From the NCBI GenBank assembly GCA_964106645.2, contig OZ067041.1: a stretch of DNA of 64,000 bases; one strand, given 5' to 3'. Positions 1 through 11,707 of this stretch are shown here, in pieces (within the stretch, counting starts at the first letter, position 1; each line of letters opens with the position of its first letter). Position numbers and translations under genes: made by a program. The notes beneath the pieces were generated by a model, which saw nothing but the letters and a program-made list of their open reading frames with translations, ran no database searches and had not been told where the DNA came from. The stretch comes from Podarcis pityusensis (lineage: Eukaryota).

Positions 1-2679
1 TTCCACTGGGGAAGGGAAGATAAAGATTAATTAGTTCCATAACACACATAAGAAGGTTTGGATTAACTATTCATACTGGTTTAAATGGGATGCAGCTCAA
101 CATGTTAGATCTAACATGCTGTGTCCCAACTTGGCAGTTTCATTCTTGGTCATTCTTGACCTTGTATGTTCTTGGTCATACAATGACCTTGGTCATTCAC
201 AGACTTTGTATATGTTTTATTAAAAATCCAAAATGATTGTGATCATCACAATTCTCTGTAATTCCAAACCCTTTGAGTTAATTGTAAGTGGCTTGAATAG
301 AAACTCTGTGCAGCCTCAACTGTTGATTTTAATAAACTTTTGAACCTTTTGTGTTTTCTGTCAATAATTTTTCAAGTTTTATTTTATATTGTTGCAAACT
401 GCTTAGAAGTTTGGTGGTTTGGGTTGTTATTTTACAAACAAATTTTATCAACATTTTATTAAATGTCTGGTTGTCTCTGTTTCCATAGATGGAGAATATT
501 AGGAGTCCTACCAGGTTTGATTTTGGGTCAATGGCTCTAAAGGAATCCCCATCTCAGCTTGTCTGGTCTCCTTGAGGATCAGGTGGTCATTTGCTTTAAT
601 AACTAGAACAACAAATACAATGAACCCTACCTTCCACCCAACCACCCCCAAAAATACCTGCTAAGACTGCAGAATTGATTTACTCTGTTCCTTTCCCTCT
701 TGCCTTGAATTGTCTTGAGGTGGAGAAGAGCAGCCAGTGCCCAGGCTTCATAGCTCTAAAGCTACAGCACAATACAAAATTATAACTCTGCTTTGATCCT
801 TTGTTTTGAAAAATGAAAGCATTGTGTGAGTCACAATGTTCATCTCTTTAGGTTCCTTTGTTTCAACATTTGTATCTATGGCATCTGTGTTTTTTAATTA
901 TACACGAATGACAAATGTCTGTTAGTTGCTGCTCTCTATTACTGGGATCTACTGGTAGTTCTCCTGTGAAGTTGGGAGTCCTAACTCAATTGCTCACAAT
1001 TTTGGGGGGCTGCAGCCTGTAAATCCTGCCATCAGCACCAGCCCCCACTGTCCCTGGAATCTCAATGTCCTTGAAGAGGGTTGTCTTCAACATCCTTCCT
1101 TCCAGCTCACATTTGGTGCCTGAGGCAGAACAGCAAATGGCACCCCCTTCAAAAAAATATAAGCGAAGGTGCATAGTGCCAAGGTCAGCCAAGTTATTTT
1201 GACACCTGAGGCAAGAAAATCCCACAATTACCTCTCACTCACTCTGACAGTAATAACAAATAACAATTTGCTGTCCTTTGGTGAGTCCCCAAATCTGCTG
1301 CCTGAGGCAGCTTCTCACTCTGCCTAATGGCAGGGCCATCCCTGGGCTTCTGCAGTCAGGCCCCAGCCTTCACTTCCACATGATTGTTTCTGCCTCTCAA
1401 AGTCCTAGAAGTGAGGGAACCCAAGGTAGAGAAACGCTGGTCCAGAGATAAATTATTACATTGGGGCTTCCTCCTGACCCAGCTTGTAAACCAAATGGTT
1501 GAGCTATTCCTGTTTGTTTAAAAAAGAAGGAAACAGCATGCTGAAACTGGCCTTCTTCACCTTTCTATACCAGTAGAACAAGGTGGCTACTGTCCTGCCT
1601 TGGCTACTCAGAAATTGTGAGATAAAAGTTTGGGGGTTGTGCAGCCTTAGCAAGTCCACATCAGGCTTGTGTTGAGGGGCATAGCATATAGCACAGCATT
1701 TCATGTCCCTCTAGGAACAGTTAATGAATCTATTATGGTTGCCTTCAGTCACCTGGGAACTTGTAGATCAGGCGCGTTTATTACCCTCAACAACTCTTCA
1801 ATCCTAAAAAAAGCTCAACAACTTTGGGGTAAAATCATAAAGAACAACAACCAACTTTGGTTGGCCCTTATGGCCCTTTGCTTCATCAATTCTGGCCCTC
1901 TTTGAAAAAAGTTTGGACACGATTGCCTAGGTGTTTTGGACTACAACTAGAGTGCAACTTCCTTTTTGTATAGCATTTGAATTAATGCTAAATTTTCTCC
2001 AGCTTGATACAATCAACCCTTCCTAATCTAGGCCCATGTACATGAAACTATATTTCCTTCATGTTCAAGTCTTCCCATATAGCCAATAATGGTTTGTTCA
2101 GGTGGACATTAGCTTTTGAATTATTTCCATGTATCGTTCTGTTGAAAAAATGGAACAATAGGGAGAAGGGGAGGGGAGTATTTGCAATCTGCTGGTTTCT
2201 GCCTCAAACTCCAACATTAACTGCATGGCTTTGCATTCTTAGGAAGGAGATTGGCCCCAAGAAACAACCAAGATGCTCATCTGATGTGGCACCGAGGACA
2301 GTTTTCTGATGCTTTGTAACTGCAGGTTTAATTTAAGGACAAAGTTTTGCTCACTGTGAAATCTTTTCCTGTTCACCTGCCGCTGTCATACTGAGCAATT
2401 AAAGCGCCATGCACTTCATTCCATGGGAAAAGCAAAGACAGAAGAGAATCATAGTTACAGTATTTCTGACCTAGCTAGGTCTCGATTAAAAATGTAGATT
2501 TGTTTATCCCAAATATCATTTAAATTTACCTTAAATGTGAACCTCGGTTTTTATAAATGGTTCCCATTTCCAATTAGCCAAATTAAACAGAGAGCAAAGA
2601 AAATTAGGATTAGGTAGATTCCATGTGGGGTAGGCTCACTAGTACATCTAGTTTTTTTGTGCAATCTGTTATAGTTATG

Positions 2680-2840
2680 TATGTATTTATATGTCACCCA
2701 TCTGACTGGGTTGCCCCAGCCACTCTAGGTGTTTCCCAACAAAAAATAGTAAAAACACAATACAACACCACACACAAAAAACTTCCCTGAACAGGACTGC
2801 CTTCAGATGTCTTTTAAAAATCACATAGCTGTTTATCTTG
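2680..2840 (-). mobile_element. L2 LINE 3' end
   Basis: cccatctgactgggttgccccagccactct...aacttccctgaacaggactgccttcagatgtc; same family as the copies at 45035 and 52260. Confidence 0.75.
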
Positions 2841-5800
2841 AATATTGAATATCATTCAATATAGACAACATTTCATGATCTGCCACTTTTCATGTTCTCT
2901 TTCACCATCCATTTACTAACCCTGTATGCACCAAAGCTTATTACTCAAACGTTTGTGCCACATTCACTCATACAACTACGACCCAATCCCTCTCTGACAT
3001 TGGTCTCTGGCATTTCAGAAAATCCATGTAATCCAATTTAAATATATGTCAAGTGGAGTTATAACCTGCAACCTTGTTCGATTCAAAGGCAACAACATGA
3101 ATAGGTCTTACTTTCTTGGGTTATGTTACATCGCACCTTAATTTCATGAAGTCCTCTGCAGAACTGGAAGTACGTACAATTAGGAACTTGCAGCCTTGGG
3201 TCGTGTAGCCTTGGGTGAACCGGTGGAGGTGGTGGCATGAAGCCTGAAGTTTGTGCCAAAGAGCAAATGTAAATCAAGCTTGGCATTGAGATGAACTTTC
3301 TGGGGAATCTGGCCAGATCTGGCAATAAATCCAAAAGGTAAAGCAAAGTCACTGTTGGGGAACAAACTACAAAGTAAATCTCAGGGAATGATCAAAGAAA
3401 CATGGTGCAGCTACCTTGCTGAAATAAAGCAAGTCTGAGTCTGGCTTGTGCTCGGATAGGAGACCACCTGTATTCCCCCTTGTAAAGTATATTGAACTCC
3501 TGAGATGATACATAAAACAAATCTGCTATTAAGGCATCATAGCAACAAGCATGAATGCAAAAGCTGGTTTTTATTATGTTGTTGTTGGTGGTCATGAGAG
3601 GCAAAGGGGCATTTTTGAAATTGCTTAAGTCTAATTAATGCATGAAGGGGTTAAGACCATAGAGTAAGCTGTCCTGCCAGGCTTAGCTCACCTTGAGAAG
3701 GATTGGGTAATCAAGACTTTGTCCCCTCCAGTCTACTCAATGTGTGCAGAGTTGGTCTAGTTTAGCTGCATGGCTCTCACAAGTCATTTGAGTGTTCCTA
3801 TACTAACAATTTAGGAACTTTCACCACTTTGGATCTAAGTTACATTTTATTGCCTGTGCAACTTTTTAGAAAAGCACATGAACCTGGCCTTTGAAGAGTT
3901 TGTAAGGAAGCCAATTTTTAATTTACCAAATGTGTGCTCTCTTCCTGTGCTGAGGAAAGAGGGAAGTTTTGGAACACACAAGGGCATATTTTAAAGGTCT
4001 AACAGCCTCTATTTTCCTCGCTTTCCTTTGCTGCATATTTTGTGAAGCTAAATCTCTGCTTGGGTTCTCTCAGCAAAGAGTGCTTGCCCCAAACTTGGAC
4101 GGCATATCAGGAATTCTCCTTTTTATACCTTTTAAAAATTATTTGCACTGACAGAAATGATGTTGACTTTTGGATGGAGATGGAGGAAGGAACAGTGACC
4201 TATTCCCCCCACCCCCAGTGCTTGATCCCTTAATTTCATCTGGTGGGGTGAGGGAAGATTAGTTTAGCTGAGAACTCTCATTGTGGGAAAGGCAGGCTAC
4301 CTGGGAACCAGTGCTGGAGTGGTGCAGAATGCCCTTAGGCGCAGATAAAGCCCACAGATTAGCTAAATGGTATTTCTTATTTACCATTTTGAGAGAGATC
4401 AACAACACTGCAAATCCCAAGAACACAGAAGTGATGAAATCAGGGAAGCAAAAGAGATAACCCCCCACCAAAACAAAAACCCCAAACCCACTGAACAATT
4501 AAGTCAAGTAACACAAAAGTATTTTATTCAGATGCGCATGGGGTGTGTGTGGAATTTTCATTATGTTTAATGATTAAGAACCCCCAGTGTATTTGATGCA
4601 TACAGGATAAAAGTAGTTGCCAGCTGTTTTCTGGCAGAGTTTCTAAACTTTTAACAGCTGTGTGGCAAGCAGGTTGATCCTCCCCACCCCCACCTGAATT
4701 ATCAGGTTCCTTGTTTGGACAATGTAGTCAAGCCTCCATTCTCAAGGAGTTTACATACTGGGGAAGTAACAGGAGGATTAAAGGGAGAAAAGGATAGGTC
4801 TCCTTGTCTTCTGCCCTACCAGTCCCAATGGGCACCAGCCACCACTGGTTGCTGGACTCCAACTCTCATCAGCCCCAGCCAGCACAGCCAACATCCCATC
4901 CACCAACATTTGGAGCACCAAAGGTTCCCACTCTACCATACGGAAAACAGAAGTTTGGAGCATAGTTGTGAAGGAAAGGAAAGAGGTGGCCCCAGGGGTG
5001 GTCAGAGGTGCTCTGTGAGAGGTCAAAATTTGGCAACCCACCACCTCTCACCTTCCGTTCTGCTCAGTCCACTATGTCATTGTTGTGACGCCCTGCAACA
5101 CCCCCTAGGCTCAGCACCCAGTGCAGTGGGACCAATCCTGCTGCTCTAAATCCACCTCTGGGTGGTCCAGTATTCCAGGTAAGGCAGGGAGTCCCACCCA
5201 TGGGTTGGAGCAGGGAGGGCAACCAGAGAGAATGTGCAGAATCACTTTAAGGGAAAGGAAATCTTAATTGACTTGCGAGCAGTAGTCAAAGCAGAGAACG
5301 GCCAAGACACAGCCAGAGTTTCATCAGCTAAGGAGACAAAGATGGATCATGGGTGGATTTTTGCCAAGTTGTGCAGGAAGAGCACAACCTCGGCTGTGTG
5401 CACATTACCATTTACTCCGGCTCCAGTGATCTCCCAGGGCTGGTGTTTGAAGCCAAGTAAACATGGCAATAGGCATAATCCATCTGGACCCTGCAGTTCC
5501 TTGAGAAATACTGCTGTTTGACGCATTTCCCCTCAAACCAGCTTGCATATGAATTGAAAATGCAAGCTGAAGTTTGTAGATCTGAGACAACTGCTGCACA
5601 GGTGCAGATGACAGCTTCATTGAATAAGAGCTCTGGGAAGTTGTAGGCTGGAGGAAACCAATCAGGTAACATGAGGTGATAACATCCTCACCCTCCCTCT
5701 GGTGTGTCCAGCTATGTAAGAATGGGACTTGAAACACAGCAGGAGGAAACGACCTTGCTGTGTTTTAAGCTGCTGGTGTGTAAAAGGTTGAATGTGGGGA

Positions 5801-5894
5801 GCAAAGAAGATAAAAGAATCAAAGATGAAGCTGTGTGCGGGATCACTGGGGGTGAGTGCTGCTGCTGCTGTTGTTAAGGGGTCAAGGAGAGCAA

Positions 5895-5965
5895 GCCTTG
5901 AGAGTAAATATAAGCAGTTCCATCTTGTCCATGTTGACTTTGAGTTGGTGATTAAACATCAGTCC
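5895..5965 (-). mobile_element. Short L2 LINE RT fragment
   Basis: MFNHQLKVNMDKMELLIF matches L2 WM..N.LKLN..KTELLIF. Confidence 0.6.
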
Positions 5966-6789
5966 AGTTGCAGCATTCACCTGCAAGCATTCTCAGAATG
6001 GGTGGAGGATGGGGAGAGGCAGCAGTGGATGTCGTGGTGGAGTTACACCACCCACTTGCCCTCCATCCAGCTGAGTCACTGCAGCATATCAGGATGGAGG
6101 AGATGTGGGTTGTGACAAGAGGCAAACATGTTGGCAGAGTCAATCAGGTGCTCCTGCTAGCATGTTGGCCACCACACGGACCTTGCCACTGTACCTCTCC
6201 CTGTCGCCACAATGTCAGCCAGATGGAGGTCAGGCACAACCCCATCATGCCTGATGCTAGGCCATGGTCTGCCCCTACATCCCTGTATCTGCTGATTCTA
6301 CTCCACATTGAGCAGGAAGATCTGAAGGGGGGGGGGAAATCTATGAATGTTTGGCTGAATGTGCCTAGACTTTCTGTGTCATGAAAACCTTTTGGCATCA
6401 CAGAACCAGCAGGGAGCCCACAGGAGTAGTCAGTAGTGACTACTTACAGATGGATCTATCGGCACAGTCAGTTAATTTTTTTAAAAAAAAGCAGAGGGCA
6501 TGGATTACAGTAACCTCTCATCATAGTGGGGGACCCATATAGACAATCCCTTTAAAAAAAATTATTTATTTAAATGACAAATGGGAGATCTTGGGGCCAA
6601 ATGCTATGGATTAACCACCCCTGAAACAGTGAGAGAACCAGCTAAGGCAGGGTTCACCAGTCATTTTGGACCAGTTGGCACCTTTTGAAATTTGAGAGAG
6701 TGCTGTGGGTGCCATTCACAAAATGACTGCCATAGGAGTGTGGTGTAATACAATATGGCTACATAGGAGAGGGCATGGTGTAGCACACA

Positions 6790-7200
6790 ATTAAGAGCAC
6801 ACAAACATGGTGATGCCCTGTGGTGCCCCGTAGTGTAAATCTCCCAATGTTTTTCTCTGGCCATAAACCCATAGGTAGGATGAAGACCGCTGTAATTCAG
6901 TGTTCCCATTCCATAGAGCCTGCCCAGGAGAATACTGTGGCCAATGGAATGGACTGCCATGGTGGGGGGTCAAGAAGCAAGAGAAAGTTTGCAGTCCCCC
7001 CGTCCTGCTCTCTGGAAAGGTCATCTGTCAGGACGACTGAGGCTGACTTAGTCCCATGGCCAGGCCTGAACCTAGATTGGAGCAGATCTAGGTAATCTGT
7101 GTCATCCACAAAATGTGCAGCTGTCTCACCAGAATTCTCTCTTCCACCTTCCCCACAACTGAGTATTTGCAACTGGTCAATAGTTATTCCAATCCAATGA
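6790..7200 (-). mobile_element. L2 LINE reverse-transcriptase fragment, frameshifted
   Basis: Peptides DYLDLLQSRFRPGHGTKSASVVLTDDL...LLLLD, HSILLGRLYGMG and GAPQG match LINE RT motifs (QSGFRPG, DHGILL, GVPQG). Confidence 0.85.
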
Positions 7201-8564
7201 GTCCAGGACCTTTTTCTTTCCTCCAAAGTCACTCTGTTGATCAAGAGAATAACCAGAGTCGATGAATGGGCATTATAGCTAGTCTGGAAAGTTGTGCAAC
7301 AGAGAACTTTTCATGGAACAGTGTAAGAAATAAGCCAAGAGTTTAGGAGTGGGAGAAGCCGTAGGTGGAGACCACAGCGAGGAGGGAGTCAGCAGAAGTT
7401 GCAGAAGAGATAAGAGGGATAATGTTTCTGAGAAAGTTGGTGGACCGCAGGTCACAACAGGCACAAGAAGCTGGAGTCACAAGGTAATGACCGGAGAGGA
7501 AAAATTCCATTAATAGAGCTAACACAGGGCAAGAGAAAACAAGATCAAATGAGTGAGTGGAGGAGTCACGCCAAGGCTGTAGGCCAAAGAAAATCAAAGA
7601 GAGGAGAGAAGCAGCAGTAACTATATTGGTGAGATTATCAGCATGAGCACTGAATTTATGCTTGTGCCTTTATTAAAGTTGCAGGAGTCTGCCAAAGAAA
7701 AAACCAAGCCAAACCTGGCAACTTCAGGCTCAAGCTTTCATCTTTACGGAACAAAATGTAACGTGTTTCTTGCCTGGCCTTTTAAGTTAGCTATTCCCAA
7801 GTTAAAACTCTGTAAAGCTTTTGTGATTCATGAACATCCAGATTCCTCTGGGCTGTGGCCTTTCATATCAAGCTGATATTATGCACCAGTCATTGCTATC
7901 CATGTCAAAACCTAGACCAGCGTTTGAAACAGCAGCTACTCTACTCTTCTAGTTTGCATGTTTACTTTATAGCCTGACTGACATTTTCAATCTCTGTATT
8001 CAGGCTCTGATTGGAAAGGCCATCTAGCAGAGCTTGATGAGATTTGTAGTCCAAAATATCTGGAGGGCACTAGGTTGGTGAATGCTGAGCTGGGCAGAGC
8101 CACATTCCTCAGCAGGAGTGACAATGCACTTGCAAATGGCTTTGCAAAATCAGAAGCTAACATGCTGAAGATCAGTTTACAGGGGAGTGGTCATTTTTAA
8201 CCCCGTCAGAAAGCAAACCATCAAGTATTCCTTGAGCTTTGTTGTTTGGGCAAGGGTGTTGGATTTGGCACTGCACAATAAAGTTCAAATGAAGCCCAGC
8301 CCTGAAACTCTCGGCTGTTGAACTGTGAGAGACAGACCAAGCCTTCCAAGAAAAGGATCCACAAACCATTTATTTGGTTAACCCTCCTTAATTGGCTGGC
8401 TGTGAGGATTAAATAGGATAAGAAATAGAGCTACCACTGTTTTTTTGTATTTCAAAGAGCTTGTGCCTACAACAGCTGCTTGGCAGGCCGAAATTCAACT
8501 GGTGCTGTTTTCCCCCATTACAGTTCCTAGGATTGTCAGACTGCGTGGTGTGTGTGTGTGTCCG

Positions 8565-8785
8565 CTTTAAACTATCAATGCAAAAGTCCCCAGTTTGAAT
8601 CTCACCTCTGCAATGAACTCACTAGGTGGTTTTAAGGCAAGCCACTCTTTCTGTCAGTTTCAGCTTCCCAATTTGTAAAATAGGAATAATAAGATAACAT
8701 CACAGTAGAAAATAATAATTGATCTGAAGGGCTTTGAATACTCTGATTGTATGTTACACATATTAGGTATGTTATCATTATCACC
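8565..8785 (+). mobile_element. MIR-like CORE-SINE remnant
   Basis: B-box agtttgaatctcacctctgc and CORE motif gtttcagcttcccaatttgtaaaataggaataata. Confidence 0.65.
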
Positions 8786-11582
8786 ATTAACTAGATGAAA
8801 CTCTTGTCAGATTAGCACTTTTGCTAATCTCCCTCCATTGCAGGGTGTGAAATAGCACCTTCCAATTCAGAAAGGCTCCTGCAAACAACAGCAGCTGAGC
8901 TAGGAGGGCTTTCTGAGTCCCTTGCTTCTGTCTTTGAAGATAATCAAGAGTTATATAGCCCTCTGGCTCTGCATAGGCATAGCAGAAGGCAGCGGTGATG
9001 CTATGAACAATGTTTTGAACTCCCTTTCATATAATACTTTCCCTCTTTGGCTGTTGTACAGGTTGTACCTCCTGGGTATATTCGCATGACTTCTTTTCCA
9101 CAGTCAAGCATTGGAAAAAAGCTGCGTCTCGGCCAGCACGCTCGAAGTTTGTTTGATCTGTGCTGGGATGTAACTGTTTTTCTAACGGAGTCATGGCCTC
9201 GTCCAAGAAACAGGTGCAGATAGGAATTGCAGAATCTACTTACCAAAGTTATATAAAAGTTCAAAAACATGGGGGGAACGTGGAGAAACGTTTGTTAAAC
9301 CTGAGACAAGAGAGGAAATATCGGATAGTGCAGCCTGCATGAGAAAAACCCAGGGAATGGCCCGAGAACTGCCAAGGAAATTTATTTTGTTGTGCAATCA
9401 ACCTGGACTTGATTATGAGCTAGTCTGAAAGCCATTCCCCAAGGCTGTATTTGTAGTTCTTTGCCTCCCCTTCTAGCCACAAAGGAAACAAGCAGCACAG
9501 AACTAGCAAATGAAGTGGAAAGCCGCATTCACAAGCCATCAGCTGGCTGATATATCATAGGGCTCCCTTGCCCACTTGGGTTTTATTATGCTGCCAGATG
9601 CCTCACCATTGCATCACAATTGCCACTGCAGTGCTGCGAGTTCATTGCAGTCAGGTTGTTGCTCTTGACTCGGTGCCTTTGGCTAAGCCACTCTGTGAAT
9701 CCTTTTCCCAAAATGGGCAGGACTATCTTTCCTGTTAGCTCACGAAGATTCCGGCAAGGATCCTGCAGGACAGCTTGCAATTCGATGGGTAGAGCTTTTC
9801 TCAGCAGAGCAACATGGCAATGGGAAAAGGTTCTCATTCTGAATTACGTTTGTTGCATAACAGCTAAAAAACATGGGAGTTCTGGGTTAGGAGACTTTTA
9901 AAGGGGAGGAATTCTGGGGTTGGCATGGAAGGCATAGTTCATAGGATGAGAGGAAGGTTGCTCTGGGCACTTATGGTTTCATTAGGATTATTATTTAGTA
10001 AGACAGTGGGTGGCATCTAACAGTTGCTATTTCAACAGATTCTCCCTTAAACTCTTGCAAAAAAAAGAGGGGGGCTCCAGAGAGTTGAAGATTCTTCCTG
10101 AACAGTGTAGGTGTCTGCAGGGAGAAATCATCAGCCTTCCATGAGTGGAAGTGTCAGGTGGATCAAAACACCTTCTATGAGGTGCCATTTCAAAGCTTTG
10201 CCTCTTCTTTTGCTTCCTCTTGTCCATAGAAGGAATGTAGCACCAACTCAAGTCTGGCCCAACATTTTGCTGCCTGACGTGAAGGACAAGATCTCCCTGC
10301 ACCGCTGCCAACTGGTAATTGTATCTCACTTCAACACTGGTGATGGGATAGTGCCTTCTACAGCACCCAAAACAGCAGGCTAGTTCAGGGGAGCTAAGAC
10401 AGATCTCATAGCATGACTAGAGGAGGTCCTTAGGAAGGATAGCCAGGGGGGTGTGTGATTGTTGCTTCCACCCCACCTCCCAGCATGTGTCACCTGCGGT
10501 GGTTACTTCATTGGTAGGGGTGGCCCTGTATGAACAACATTACTCTGGATTAGCGTGGGAAGATAGTTTGCACAGAAAAGCTCAGACAAGCCTTGTCACC
10601 CAAGAAGGTATTATCACTTACTAAGCACTTTCTTCATTAGGTCCCATTCCACATACAGCCCTTGCCCAAAATCCTGGTTCACTTCCACACTCCTCTTACA
10701 CCCCACAAGCCTTTGAGTCCTACTGTGAAATACTGAGGGTGAGTAACTTCTACGCATTTCCGTGAAGCTAACTAATAAAACTAGCTTGGTGAGAGGTGAC
10801 AGAATGGGATCAGAATACGAGTAATTAGTTTTACAAAATTTGCTTCCAGTGTCACTGTAGGAATGGCACTCTTTAACAGTTGTTAAATCCCATAATCCCT
10901 GCTGAGGATTTGGCCTGTTGAGTTTTATACTGCACCTCGTGCTTTTCATCTTGATGATCCTGGGGAATAGAAGGGAAGGAAGGGCATTTCTTCAGCGAGA
11001 CCTGCCAATGCATCAGAGAAGCAAGTATGAAACACAAACTGCAGACTAGGACAAAACTGAAATGGAGAGGAACAATTCATCCATTTTGCTGAAGCAAAGC
11101 AAGTCTGTGCCTGGTTAGGGTCTGGACAAGAAATCACTTGGCAGCCCCACATATACTTCATGACGCAAGAAAGATGGAAATAAATCTACCAAATTATATT
11201 TGGCAATAAAAACTAATAAAGCACAGAAGGAAAGCATCCAGGGAGAGAGCACTGGATCTTACCTGGCTAAAGCCCTCTAAACATGGCAGCTCTGTGTGAA
11301 CATCTGTTGGAAAACAGATCAAACTGAACAGCTTAATGCCAGGGATATTTTTTATCACTGCATAGGTTTCTGTTCAGTGCAGAAGGAGCTGTTCAAGACA
11401 ACCATGAAATGGTTAATATTAGGGATGTTCATACATTACATTCAACCAGTGTATAGTCCTTTGTACCTGTGTACACAAATACTGTACATTCGGTACAGTT
11501 ATGCACATGTAACATTCAATGAGTCTGTCAGGTCAGAGGCATTTCTGGGGAAATGAGGGCAGCAGGCTGCAGCACTTTAGAG

Positions 11583-11707
11583 CAGCCTTTCTCAAATTTG
11601 GGTCCCCAGATGTTGTTGGACTACAACTCCCATCATCCCTGACCACAGGTCTTGATAGCTAGGGACGATGGGAGCTGTAGTTTGGGGACCCAATTTGAGA
11701 AAGGCTG
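11583..11707. mobile_element. Non-autonomous hAT MITE, intact
   Basis: ~25-bp TIRs cagcctttctcaaat(t)tgggtcccca; perfect 8-bp TSD ctttagag (11575-11582 and 11708-11715). Confidence 0.92.

Noticed and set aside
3140-3195. LIVRTSSSAEDF resembling the PEP-synthase VRSSAxAED motif
   Set aside because: The expected downstream SFAG motif is absent and the frame is uncertain.
6088-6150. Resemblance of HLIDSANMFASCHNPHLLHPD to the NXPE-family C-terminus
   Set aside because: Other NXPE-like snippets are not collinear, and no GDS catalytic motif or Cys pattern was found; treated as chance.
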